Assembly (NCBI GenBank): GCA_002633005.1
Contig: NMRA01000021.1
Location: 906,298 to 970,297 of the forward strand
DNA: 64,000 bases
From: Phoronis australis
Taxonomy: Eukaryota; Animalia; Phoronida
Direction: 5' to 3'
The translations under genes were made by a program, and so were the position numbers. Under the pieces are notes generated by a model. It searched no databases, was not told the DNA's origin, and saw only the letters and a program-made list of their open reading frames with translations. This document shows positions 1-12,802 of this stretch, piece by piece. Within the stretch, counting starts at the first letter, position 1, and each line of letters begins with the position of its first letter.

Positions 1-2742
1 CTATTTACATTTAATTTCAGATGGTGAGCCGTAATGTTCCACTGAAAAAAGAAAGGTCAAAGACATACATATTTTGTGGAAAACTGTTATACTGTGACTC
101 TAACGCAGATATAATGCTGCATTAAAGCAGAGGTACTTGTATTTTTTGCACTCGTCGACATTCAATTCAACAATGATTTGCTGGACACCAGACCTGTGTT
201 TATCTGCAGGTCATGCAATTCGTTTAATTCAAAACTCACGCAGCTGCAAAAATCAGCAAGAATGGAGGTCAGCAATCTCAATGCTCAGTTTGAACATCGA
301 CAGAAACGTGTACTGATTGATTCGTCATCTGTTTCTAAGAAGAAACCATCAGGAGCAAAGGGATAGTTAAGTGGACCATGGGTTTTCAGTATCTGAGGAT
401 TATCAACAATGCAACCCTTTCCTCTCAAACATGACTAAAGATTCAACTGAGCAAATTGATCGGAAACTGCTGTTCAAAATCAGTACATCTTTGGATGATC
501 TTTGCAAGACTTCAGACAAAAGTGTGCTTAGACTTCCCATGAGAGACCTGGATGACAGGCTGCTTCTTTGGAAAATTGTGAAAGAAGTGCCAAATCGTTC
601 ACATGGGCTACCACTTCTGTTACTATGTGTCACTCACTACATATTGGTATGACTAAGAATAACTTCACTGTAGCCATGATGTATGGGATAGCTATGTTTG
701 CCAGAAACCCTCAACTCTGTGCTGCACACAGGCTATTGACTGCTGTGTGCATTCGTCATCATACTGGCAATGGTGTAAGTTTGTACATTTTTCATTGCAA
801 GAGATGGATCACATTTATAACTTGTAATTGTTTTTAAAGTGTACACAACATGACTCTAGTACCTCAAAATAAATTTTATTATTATATCTTACTTGATTTC
901 AGTGCCTTTAGTGCACAGCTCATAAAGAAACAGGCAAAAACTGAAAAAAATAATAATTATGTACAACGTCATGGGTTGAACCCAAGTCGTTTGCCATACT
1001 GTTCGGTTCAGAGACAAAGTGTATAGAGTGAAGAGAAAGCAAAGTACATTTAGAGTCGAGAAGGTTCGTAGAGGGATCAAAAGATGTGTTTCCGGAGGCT
1101 GCAACAACAGCAGCCAGGCGGAAAACGTCTCGGTGTTCTGAAGGATGTTGAGAGGCACATCGTGGAATAAAAAATACGTGTGTACAGAATCACTAACTAT
1201 CTTCGATTGACTAAAACACGTGGTTTAGTACATGTGGCTACAGTGAACATGCGCAGTAAAGACTTACATAAGTTCTACATGATTACTAACATATGGTGCC
1301 TGCTAGGTAGATTATATACTGAAGAAAGGACACCAAAGTTGCGCAGAAGTGTCATCGCATCGTGCGCCGAACTAGAGTGTGGGACGTCATCGTGGACCAA
1401 GCGATTCGGTCCGGGGTCACTCTGTGTTCTGTCCAATTTGAGGACTCGTGTTTCGACTCCAGTCACAGGAGACGTTACGATGAAGGCCTGGTTCAATAAA
1501 TGACAATATTTATCATTCAGAAACATCAGCTCTTAATTCAGGATCGTCTGTTGGATGACTGGGTTGATTCGCCGAGCCCGAGGCCGCTTCTCTCGCGGAA
1601 GGATCCAGTTCGTAAGGCTCAAGTTAGAAAAGTACGCTGCCGGAAGCACATTAAACTTGTTCTCGCTTTCGTGCAACTCCATTTCCTCATCCTGGCCACC
1701 ATTCCCGTACGTTTTTTCATAGTATTCGTTCAATTCTTGCTCATAATCGTCGTCGTTTTCAAATTTCCTGCTCTTCGCCATTGTTCAATGCTAGTCACTG
1801 ATCTATTGTGTTCAACCCATGACGTCACATGGCGGGAAATGTGAAAATTGGCAAAATTGAAAGAAAAATCAAAATTTCGAGCTAATTACACAAAATAAAC
1901 ATGAGTTTAGCTAAATTTTACGTCATACATTTAGTCTGTGACCACCGGTAATTCAAAATGTGCAAAAATCCATGGTGTGTACTGTTTAAGATACAATTTT
2001 ATGCAAAGGTGAGGAAGTTGATGATAACAATTATATCGATGATATTTTACGTTGAAATTCCCCAAATTGGAAGAGCCTCCTAAATTCAGAACACAGAAAT
2101 CATTGCTTAAATTTAATTTTTTTCGTCCTGAAGTTTGAGGCATGAGTGATTTTTATATTTTTGTACTTTTCAAATTCCGAACGCTGTGTTTTAGCATAAC
2201 AGGTTGCAAGAATGCTCTTGTAAGTTCATAAAAAGTGACTCTCATGACAAACATTCAAAAAAATTATTACCAATCCCTTTGAATTTCTGCCAGACAATTG
2301 TGTGAATTTCTAAAAATTGGGATAAGCTCCGACTTTGATCAAAATAATTATTCACTGTCTAAACTGGAGAATTTTTGCGTAATTAATTGTTGAAATTCAA
2401 TGTGTAGTTAACTGTAATAGTGATGGATGACTGTTCGTGTTTAAAAGAGGATCTGGTAGTAAAAGTGTGGACAAGTTATTGTTTAGTTTTCGATCTTCAG
2501 TGATGTCTGGTACTTTACACCAGCTTTAATTTATATCGGTGAAAATGTCAGTGACGAAAGATAGAAATGATAAGTGACAACATATATCAATAGTTCATTT
2601 CAGTTAATGACTATGAAGCAGATGATAATAGTGGCAGTACCCGTGTGGTTAAAGAGTCATGACGTATTGCTTTTGATTTAAAAATCTGGAAGGACTCTCT
2701 GTTATATATGTAAGCTACGAGTGTTTTTCTCACAAGAAATGA

Positions 2743-3009
2743 TGTGTGTTTGTGTGTGTGTGTGTTAATTGGTTAGACTGATACATACCAAGGGAAATTG
2801 TGCCATATGATACAATGTTATTGTGTACATATGTTTTGGAAAAAATAAATGGTATAACGAGATCATGAGATGCCANTGTGTGTGTGTGTGTGTGTGTGTT
2901 AATTGGTTAGACTGATACATACCAAGGGAAATTGTGCCATATGATACAATGTTATTGTGTACATATGTTTTGGAAAAAATAAATGGTATAACGAGATCAT
3001 GAGATGCCA
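2743..3009. repeat. 133-bp direct duplication separated by a single N (probable contig-join artefact)
   Basis: 2743-2875 and 2877-3009 are near-identical, each begins with a (TG)n run, and N lies at 2876. Confidence 0.8.
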
Positions 3010-3576
3010 CAATTATGTATTTAGCAGTTAACGTAATGTATAACACAGGATTACTTTTACGTAAACATTTAAAATATTATAGATTTTGGATTTCCTATTA
3101 TATACATGTAGTTAAGGTTGATATTGCATGCCTCCATGACGTTCTCTGCACTCTTGTTGCTTTGATAACACCATCACTGATGGCGTTACTCTGTCAAAAA
3201 TAAAAAAATTAAAGGGCAATTTTCACTGTAAAATCATTTATAGAAATCTTATTTTAATGTTGTGAATTTCCAACTCTGTCCCAAATTTTTGTACTTCAAG
3301 GTGACCTAAAAGGGCTGCTGGGTTCCCTGTTATGTTAATTCCAGGTTGTCGTGTCTTTTGGGAGGCATTTTTTATTTTTTCTTTAGTGCATCTGCGTTGA
3401 ATAAATGTATGTTTTCGGTTATTTTGGCAGCTTTCCCAGATTTCCGTAAAACTTCCAGGCTCAGATTTGGAAATTTTGGGTAGACATAAAAATTGGTGCT
3501 GCGAAACCTGATGTTATACGAATAGATACTATTGAAAGTGTTCATACTATTGTTTGTCTGCATGAAACTCATTATT

Positions 3577-3849
3577 TTACACGATGCGTCCTTCGTCGAT
3601 TATCACAATTGCCACATTGGAAGCTAATTCTTTGTTTTGCAAATGTTTCACACCGTCACTTGTTGATGTCAGGGTCTCAGGGTGAGCATACACTAATTGA
3701 TAATTTCCCTTAATTATATCACTAATTGGAACAGTACTACAAAGCGTCACCACTAGTTTCCTCGTGAAAAGTTGTTGCTTTTCTGGCATTGCAATTAGTG
3801 CACCGCACAGATCTATTAAATTTTGGTGAACTACAGGACCAATAAGCAA
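3577..3849 (-). pseudogene. RecQ-like DEAH helicase fragment
   Basis: 'DIIKGNYQLVYAHPETL...NVAIVIIDEGRIV' matches RecQ motif Ib (LVY.xPE) and a degenerate Walker B (IIDEAH). No motif I or C-terminal helicase domain seen. Confidence 0.65.
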
Positions 3850-5039
3850 ACAAATTGCAGTTCAGTGTGGAACGCCAATAGCACCATCTTAGTTGATCTG
3901 TCAATTGTGCTTCTTCTGCTAGTTTTATTTTAATCACACAGTGAGCGCTTTATGTTCACTTAGTGATAACTAAACTGTTTCAACGTTTTTCGTTTTAAAA
4001 TTACTTCAATTAATACTACAGGTACTCCAATATCGTCCGCATACGTCGCTATTCTACTCGGGGATTCCATCGATAGGGCATTCCCCGAGTATGCATTACA
4101 GGGGAAATAAGCGACTGCCTTTATTTCGATACGCAAACGAGTCGACAAATTCGGATTTTCTCCACAACAAGGATTATAATTACCATTTTTGGAACATAGT
4201 CCTAACTTCTACAAAACTCATTCAAATCACAACAATGACGAAACGTTTTTCTGCTGTTTATTTGGTGCGGATACGAACCGATATGATCTCGCGAGATCCA
4301 GCCTCATCACCCGTTTTTCGCGTTTTTTTTGTAAACGTGAAGAGTTATGTGAAATACCAGTCGCTAACCCACTAGGGCGACGTCTTTCGTGAATATGGTT
4401 AAATAGGGGACTTTTCACATTGGCACTCTCTAGAGTAATGAGAGCACGAAAATGACTTCCGGATTTGGTTGACACGAAATTCAATTTCTACAGTGGTTCA
4501 TAAATATTGAAAGCAGAGGAATAAATTCAACCGTCAGACCTTCCCATTGCTTGACTAGTTTAACTTCACTAATTCATTTCAGCTTTTTTACACCGCTTGG
4601 GATCGAAATTCTCCCACTTTATCAGCGGCAGCTTCGCCGGCACTGAGAAATGTATGGAAACGTACGTCCTGGTCGTCAATTGATATTTCAAACGAATTTT
4701 TCGTTAAGCATTGGTACATCGCATCTCACAACAGTGCTAATTTGTCGGCATTATATTAACAGGGGGGTGTTAAAACGCTGTTTATACCAATAGCCAAGGT
4801 TGAAACCTCCTGTCTGCGATGCATCGGGACGAATGTCAACATGGTGCGGCTATACATTCATATTGTTATTGCTGATTTCTTAACTGCAACATCAATGTAT
4901 TTCGGAGACTGGGCGCCCATGACCGAAATGATGCATTTTGAAGAAAAAAATACCGACAGGTATCTCGGGTGTCCGTCCACCATTTTGTATTTTAGAAATT
5001 ACCTTGGTATGTTTCAGTTTTAAGGCTACCAAATGAATG

Positions 5040-5181
5040 ATGATAAAACCTCGTTGTTTACATGAAACCGGAAGTAGAGTATTTATTTGCTGCGGGATTG
5101 ACGTCAATACAAAATGGCGACTGTCATTGGCTAATAAAATCTAAAATACGAAAACTAAAATATATCAATAATAATATAACA
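5040..5181 (-). repeat. Candidate 3' LTR of the Gypsy element
   Basis: Starts TGTTAT immediately after the polypurine tract and contains AATAAA on the minus strand. The distal end is approximate. Confidence 0.55.
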
Positions 5182-8087
5182 CCTCCCTCTTTCAGACGAC
5201 ACACAAAGTCACATGACAACTATTTAGAATGTCTCACAGTCTTTGAGAGTTCAAATAAAATGTTCGTATCAACACAAAGTCTCTTGGAACACAAGTCTTT
5301 TAGAACACACTACTCACTGAGTAATTTCCTTAAGACAAACAAAAGCACAAATTCTTTAGGAAGAGAGGTTATATACTAGCACTTCACTCCATTGTCGCCA
5401 TGTATTATTATACAGTATCCAGGCACTGTATGAACACAAACACACTAAATTGATTCAACCATTCGATCAGGTCTTTTAACACATCGGCCTGAGCGACGAG
5501 GAAATCCCGGAGAGTCTGAAGTCATAGGCACTACACACTGTTTAGGCACAACACAAGTAGGTGGCGCATGAGACCGGGTGTCCTTCGATGACACGGTTGT
5601 TGCTGTAGGATCAGATGACGGCGGTTCCTTCTACAAACGCCAGACTTAGTCAGTTGAAGAATCTTTTAGGGCGAGAGGGCTTCTTGATAAAACATCAGAC
5701 ACATGCATATCCTTTCCTGGGACATGTGTCGCTGTGACATCATATCTCATAAATCTCATTAGAAGCCTCTGGCAGCGTAGTGGTACTTCATCCAGGCTCT
5801 TGGAGTTGATAAGAGGGACAAGAGGCTGTGCTCACAGATATAGCTGTCAAACTTTTCGCATGCCCAAACACTCGCCAAACATTCTTTCTCAATCTGGGCA
5901 TACTTCTGTTCACTCTGTGTGAGGATGGGAGAACAAAAGGCTATTGGCTTAAAAATGCTGTCCTGCTCCTGTAACAACACACCACCCAGACCATAAGAAC
6001 TGGCATCAGCTCTTATAATAATTGGCTTTGTCACGTCATAATAAGACAAGACGGGAGTTGATGCAATAAGCTGTTTCGTCCTTTTAAATGCTTCTTCTTA
6101 GGGCGCATCCCGGCCAAGTCCATTGGCGGTCTAAATTCAGTAGATCATTTAGTGGACCGGTGAGAGAGTTCAGGTCAGGCAGATATGAACCAAGGTAGTG
6201 TACCATTCCCATGAACTGAAGAACTTGAGTGACTGACCTGGGCGGCTGCACTTGTAGGATGCCGGGCTGTAACCTTGCATGGGTCAGCCCGTATTCCATT
6301 CTTACTGAATAGGTGACCTACGAACTTCAGTTCTTCTTTCTTTTACAAGCATTTATCTTGCCTTAGGCTTCAGACCAGCTCGGTGAAGGGTTTCAAGAAC
6401 CTTTGACAACCTAGCGTCGTGTTCGGCAGCATTCGCACAATACACCGTCCTTATACACAAACACGCCGTCCAGGCCCTCTAGCACTTCAATCATTTTCCT
6501 CATGAAGATTTCAGGGGCAGAGGTGATGCCGAATGGAAACAATAACGCCCAAATTGGGTTATAAAAGTAGCTAAGTCTTGGCTCTCTTCTGTTAGAGGAA
6601 TCTGGTAGAAACCACTCGCTGCGTCAAGACATGAAAAAATTGTTGCTCCCAGGAGTTTCGAAGTCGCATCCTCTAGGATTGGAAGGACGAATCTTTCTCG
6701 TTGTATGTTCACATTCAACTTCTTTAGATCGACACAGAGTCTGACTTTGCCCGTTTTTTTCAAGAAAGGTAGCATCGGGGCACACCACGGCGTAGGACGA
6801 GTTTCAACCTTGATGATTTCAAGTTTGGTAAGACGGTAAATCTCCTCTTTCACTTTCTTCTCAAGTGGAAACGGAATACGTCGGGCTACGTTTAGGGCAT
6901 ATGGCTGGGCATTCTCCTTCAGGGATATCTCGACTGGGTCAGTATTGAGAAGTCCTACAGTATATCTTGAGTAACGGAGTTAACTCGAACGATAAGGTTC
7001 ATCTGACTGGCTGCTCCCCGGCCAAGAAGACTTTCAATTTTTCCAACAACCACCATCACACGAAAATGATAATTCTGTTCTTTGAGCACAGTTCTTCCGA
7101 CACATCAGCGCCGGTGTCTGTCTTGAATGTTTCTGAAGAGTTGCCCAAGGTGAGAGTCACCTTCCAAGCGGGGTCGCTATCATCACAATTTACGGCGCCC
7201 AGGAAGTAGTCTACATTTACTGCACCACAGAACTCATCAGCCTGTTGGTCGTCCTCCTCTTCGTAAATTTCATTGACTTTGTTCTTACGGCATACGGAGG
7301 CGAAGTGACCCTGTTTCGAACACAACCGACATATCTTCCCTCTGGCAGGACAGGCTTCAGGCCCAGGGGATCTATGGACATAACCACAATTAGGGCATTT
7401 CTTCTTCCCCGACTGGTCTCCACTATATTGCTTGGAGTTGGAATGGCTCTGACGCTGGTGTGATTATTTCTCGGGCGATTTCTTTTTCTGACTTTTGCCC
7501 CCCTTTTTCACGAAACTGACAGATGCACCTTCACTCTGGTTAGACTGGACAAGTTCTTTGTATCGAGCAATGTCTATGGCCTTTGAAAGTGTCAGGTTTT
7601 CCTGTTCCATTTGTAGGTCACGCTACAACTCTTTGTCGGTCATCCCTGAGATAAGACGTTCTCCAATATGCTCATCTTCTTTTTCGTCGAAATTACAATG
7701 AGCTGCTAGTTCATGTAGACTTCTAACAAAACTTTCAACTGACTCACCCTGCTGTTGGCTACGTTGATAGAATTTCGTTCTCTCATGGATAGTGTTTTTG
7801 CGTGGAACAAAATAGTCCTCGAATTTCTGCAGAACCGTATTGAAATGGTCTTTTGGATCTGGTGAATTTGGCACTTCCTCTGTTGAAGCAGGTGTTTCAA
7901 ATTTGAATGGCTTGAAGATGTGTTCGGCTTGACGACCCATCGTATGCACAAGTGCAAAGACTTGTACATCACCTTTTTCATACCTGATTTTCTCTAGAAT
8001 GTAGTAACGCATAAACCTGGTTTTCCAGTCTGGCCATGACGATGGTTTCGAGAAATCAAGTGCTTCCCGTCCTTGATGTTTAGGCAT
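5040..8087 (-). mobile_element. Degenerate Ty3/Gypsy LTR retrotransposon (gag, protease, RT, RNase H; integrase deleted) with PPT and 3' LTR
   Basis: gag from ATG 8087 (DFSKPSSWPDWKTRF...FVRSLHELAAHCNF); zinc knuckle CSKQGHFASVC; protease FKTDTGADVS; RT (PWCAP..KKTGKVRLCVDLKKLN, FSCLDAASGFYQIPL, FITQFGRYCF); RNase H (ADASSYGLGGVLLQ, YAQIEKECLA, HVPGKDMHVSDVLSR). Many frameshifts. Polypurine tract AAAGAGGGAGG (5182-5192, minus) is directly followed by TGTTAT at 5181. 5' LTR not found. Confidence 0.9.
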
Positions 8088-8108
8088 TGTGGACGATATG
8101 GTAGTGCT

Positions 8109-8121
8109 ACACACACAAGCA

Positions 8122-8185
<64 letters not shown>

Positions 8186-8187
8186 CA
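8109..8187. repeat. (CA)n microsatellite
   Basis: Long CA dinucleotide run directly upstream of the Gypsy gag. Confidence 0.95.
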
Positions 8188-10159
8188 ATGATTGACAGTA
8201 CACAGTAGTAGTAGATAATGACAGTTCAGGAACGAGCTTCTCAATAGATTTGACGATCAGTGACACGGACAGTAATGACACAAATTCGACTTGACTGATG
8301 TGATGACTTGACTTTAAGACTTGACAAGGTAACAGGAGTCGATCCTACCTTTCCAGTTATTACTTTTGTGCCGACTGACATGCAGGGCATGCTCAATTGA
8401 CGATATGACAGCTGTGTATGTAGACAATTTGGTCACAAACAAGCGATGATTTCATCCGCAAAAATCTACCTTTTCATTCCACCATCCACTTTCAAACTAT
8501 AATCCTAGGGTTATTTAAAGGTTTTTTCTATTTGCACTAACCTAGTTAAGCTATGCTGCACGACGTTTCAGTCAGCGAGTTCTCTAGCCATTATCGCGTG
8601 AGCCACTGATGTACGTCGATGGAGAGTGGTACATGTACGTTCAAAACAGGTTTCATTTGTGGCAATGGCAGAATTTGAACCCACGCTCTTTAACGTTGAA
8701 CTGGAATAACATTTTTTAAACTTGCAAGAACAAGGAAGAAAGCAAAGCAAAAACTCGTGTCATCTTGAATTATTACAGTTTGTTACTTATAGGTGGCAAT
8801 TGATTCCATCTTGTGAATGCTTTTGTTCCCGTCCACGCATTGCATCCTGATTCTTTAAGATTTCCGAGGATACGATGTATAGGCTCTTAGTTATCTGTTA
8901 TTCACGGAGGGCACTGGGGCGCTTCCTTGAAGATTGTCGTGAAGTTAATTAGCGCGAAAATAAGAACGGAGAGAACAAAGATAGCCAAGGCCTCCGTTGC
9001 TCTAGTTACCACTAGATGTCTCTTCCCCTGATCCTTCATCAGCACAGCGATGCCTACCTTGCCGTAAGCCCATATGGAGGACATACATAACCAAGCGAAT
9101 AACTAGAACAAGACGGAATCACTCGTGTCAGATAATGAACGCACAACTTTTCACTGACCTCGTATCCCACTGTAAAACAACGACGAGAATTGACTTCAGT
9201 ATAAATAACGTAAAATGCCATATATACAGAGGTTTGTCGACTGCCAGCCATCCAAAGCAACGCAGCCAATAGACAGGCGATCTACAGGACGTTTAAAATA
9301 CTGTAATGAAAATAGGAAAGTGGTGTCAAATTTTTCAGAAATAAAATGCGCAAAACAAACTTGCCGCTTCGTTCTTTTGGTCTGCTACAGGCCCATGGAA
9401 ACGGGCACTTCGCTTAAATTTCATTGCTCGTAATCAGCAAGTGTACCAGTCTGCTTGAGGGATTTTGTACATGTAAGTGTTTTGATATTTTTATCTGTGA
9501 CATTTCCACTGCAACTGATTTACTTCCAAAGCATTATTTCTAACGCTTACCAAAGCATTAGAAACAATGCTATGGTAAGTGAAACACCGACCGAAATGGT
9601 GTTCTGGTGTTTCATCTCCAATCCATCATTTCGCGCGGCAGGTAGTCTAGTCGAAAAATGGCTACTCGTCCTCCCGGACTTCAACATCAAAGTTGCATTT
9701 CTATGACGAAAATTATGTGTGAAAACGGAAAAAAATGATGTTAATAAGTCGAACAAAATGTCCCACACGTGTTTTTTATGGATATTGTTGTCACCATTAC
9801 CGATTTTGCTACATTTCGTAATATCTCCTCGACTATTTCACATAACTGAAAGTGTCAAATGTCTGGGCTTATGTTTTGTGGGTCAAACCTTACATTAGAA
9901 ATACAAGTAGGTGATAAAAGTTATCATATACATGGCACCTGTGCAAAACAAACAACATATGGAATAGAAATGCTGTGTGAGGCATGAAAATCCGCTATTT
10001 TTATTCAAATTCAGAACTTTGATGTTGACGGCATGAATGAAAACAAACTGTGACACTATTTTTAGGTTACAGCCCAACCAAAAGTATATTTTCGGTTCAA
10101 TAAATGAAACAATAGTTCTCATCTTTTATGAAGAGGAACATGTGTTTCTAAGAGAGTCA

Positions 10160-11879
10160 CGTGAAATTGGCTAGTCGAAGCTTATCTACTGAAGGCAAAG
10201 ATCAATCTCTACCCGTATGCATTCTTTATTCAGATTCTGTAAATGAACATGGCACATTTACAGGCTTACACAATTTGAGAGGAACAGGAATGCAAAAAAA
10301 ACTACAGCAGCTTAAAACTCGCATTGTCCAACAAAATAACATCATCAAGGTTTCTTCCTTCCGCTTGCTTTACGTTGAGGATCTAAAACGGAACGGGTAT
10401 GGGAATCTTAGCTACGTTCTAAGAAACTGTTGAATCTTTTCAAAACAGGTCCACTGCAAAACCAGGTTAACTTCACAAAAATTGATAGAAGTGACACTAT
10501 CTATGATTTTGGCTGTTTCATACATCAATTATAACAGCTTCCTCTGTTTTAGCACAAGGTTAGTATATTGTTTAGGAAGTACACATACACATCTGAAAAC
10601 TGCGCTCACTCTTCGAAATGACATTCTGATGGCATGCAAACAGTCAGCAGAACTACCGCGGCCATTAATGGTCGAGTATATGGAACTTGTTGCTGCAAAA
10701 CTTTTGCCTCCTGAACTCATCCGATTTCTTAGTTTGTTGATAACTGGGGTTGAAGGTCTCAACAAAAGTGAAAATTTCACGAGACTGATTTCCTCTATTG
10801 GACAAGATGTATGTCATGCCGTCACAGACGGAAAGTGGAAGTTACCGTCAAAGCATGTACTTCTTTGTGTGATCACCAAACAAGTGTTTGGAAGCAAACA
10901 GTTACTTTGACTTCGTTTTAAATTTTGAAATCGCTTTGGCAAACGTGATGGAAGATGTGTGAATTTATCTTACTCTTCACAGGGAGAGTAACAGTATATC
11001 CTGTTGTGAGTGGGATAATTTGAATAAAATGACCACGAATGTACAGGGCAGCAACATCGTCAACAGTGCTCGAGGAATCATGATTCAAGAGGTCAACCAT
11101 GGTTTTGAAACCTCCAACGATAAAAACAATGCTAGTCATTAACAGATAGCAACCGACAACGAAGTCTTCAAGTAGAAGGTCCGTCTTGGAACAACAAATA
11201 GCCTTTTTTCAAGACCAACAAAGCCTCCCATTTGCATTATCTTCTGGAAGACATTGTGCCAGAAGACTTTCATTATCATGATTTCATCCAAGATGGCGTG
11301 GTATATCTCAACACGTTACCTAATCTCCCTCCAGCATGTGGTGAGAACTGTTTACAAGTACCTGACAAGATGGCGTCGAAGAAGTACTTCTTAATTAACT
11401 GACAGTTGTCTCCCAGAATCTATGAGGCCCAGGAACGGTTCCGACGTGGCAGTTCAGAGAAGATAATCATGGGTGGGCCAGATACACGAAAATTGTACGA
11501 CTCCAAAACCTTTGTTGCAAACGATGACAACAATAAGCAATTCTATCGCTTGTTACTGTAGGTCTGGAGTGGTGAGAAGTCAGTTTCTAGGTTGGAGAAG
11601 AGCAAGATGGCCATCCTGATTGTAGACTGAAAAGCCCATGAACTTGTTACATCCGATGGCCAGGACAAAGCCCACATTTTTTCTGAGCATAATTTTCTGA
11701 GTATTTGTTACTTTAAAATAATTTGAGATGTCATACAGTGAACTAATCTGATGTTTCAGGTTCATACTCTGGAGCACCCACATATCTACAGCAACCAAGA
11801 AGAGGCTGACACAAGAATTGTTTTGTACCTCCAGTACGTCATCTCACTTGGGCACAGAAATGCTGTCGTCAGAAACCTC
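10160..11879 (+). mobile_element. Decayed DNA transposon coding relic, probably AcademX-like (XPG/FEN1-type motif)
   Basis: Frameshifted fragments 'LPPELIRFLSLLITG...LISSIGQDVCHAVTDGKWKLPSKHVLL' and 'YSNQEEADTRIVLYL..ISLGHRNAVVR'. The EEADTR motif matches the XPG-like domain of Academ transposases. The superfamily assignment is from memory of motifs. Confidence 0.55.
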
Positions 11880-12024
11880 CATGGGCGGCGCAGCACTAAA
11901 AAATTGGGGGCTAAAGCCCCACAACCCCCTGACGTGCTGCACCGATAGACCATGGGCGGCGCAGCACTGGAAAGTGGGGTAGGGAGGGCTATTGCCCCCA
12001 GCCCCCTATGGTGCGCCACTCAGG
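11880..12024. mobile_element. GC-rich MITE (family A), at the end of the Academ-like relic
   Basis: CATGGGCGGCGCAGCAC occurs twice and the element ends TGGTGCGCCACTCAGG; related to 60093-60229. Confidence 0.65.
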
Positions 12025-12248
12025 AGCCCTGAGCGTGTATTACCTTACTGTTATCTGGTCAGAGTTATCTGCACTTGTTACAACATGTGGGCGTTTTCAG
12101 TCTATGAAATTATCTTATAATATCGGACCTCAAAACAATGTTAAGTGACCCTTTTCCTGTTGCTTGGCTCCCTTGTAAACTTCGAATCTCAAAAAAGAAC
12201 TGTTCTTTGCCGAATAATACTCATCAGACTCACAAATTGTCGATTTCC

Positions 12249-12476
12249 ATGCACGCACCCAGAAACGGGGTGGGGCCTGGGGGCTCGAACGAGCCCCCAT
12301 TTGGCGAAGTGGGCAAAAACGTCCGCCTCAAAAACAAAACTCAGATAAAAGCAAGAAAACGAGAAAAAGGTCCATTAAAAAGGCAGGAACTACCAAATTT
12401 CAGCGAGTCCACAATTCATAGTAACCCGGAGAATCTTATACGTAAAAGGTCCACGTTCTCAAAAATTCGAGCCCCT
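12249..12476. mobile_element. MITE (family B), diverged second copy
   Basis: Shares GGGCTCGAACGAGCCCCCATTTGGCGAAGTG, GTCCGCCTCA, CACAATTCATAG and TTCTCAAAAATTCGAGCCC in the same order as 46097-46348. Confidence 0.7.
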
Positions 12477-12587
12477 TCATATGAGGCTGTGTGCACGTAT
12501 GATATCTATGAATGATGTTGTCTGGTGGACAAGCAGCCGGTCTCTCTTGTAGGTAAACCAACCCTTAGTAAACAGGGTTAGCTGTTA

Positions 12588-12802
12588 CAGATCTACGCAC
12601 GGTTTGCAGGGAATCTGAGGCGCGAAGGGCCAAGCGGGGGGAGGTCGGGAGGGGAAAAACCCCTCCGTGTAAGTTTTTTTTGGCTTTTGTAGGTGATTTC
12701 GTTTTCCTGGCGACAATACGTTATTTTTTATTTTTATTTTTGATCCTGTCCTGGAGGTTAAACCCCCTAGTGTACAGCCCCCCTTGCGTAGATCCACCAC
12801 TG
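12588..12802. mobile_element. MITE-like element with inverted ends
   Basis: GATCTACGCA at the left and TGCGTAGATC(CACCACTG) at the right, with G/C-run subterminal sequence. Confidence 0.5.

Larger units (their letters stand above)
178..4374. mobile_element. Probable AcademH-like DNA transposon relic (transposase-like fragments on +, RecQ-like helicase fragment on -)
   Basis: + strand fragments at 178-775 with a CxxC motif (FICRSC) and 'SVLR...GIAMFARNPQLCAAHRLLTAVC', ending at a GTAAGT donor; convergent minus-strand SF2 helicase fragment at 3577-3849; candidate terminus ...GCTAACCCACTA at 4374 (TAG on the opposite strand). The region may be a composite of several elements. Confidence 0.4.

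Noticed and set aside
2743-3009. Recent tandem duplication
   Set aside because: The copies abut a single N at a microsatellite, typical of a contig overlap.
8088-8186. Cys/Val-repeat N-terminus of ORF 7623-8186
   Set aside because: It is the translation of a (TG)n microsatellite; gag more plausibly starts at ATG 8087.
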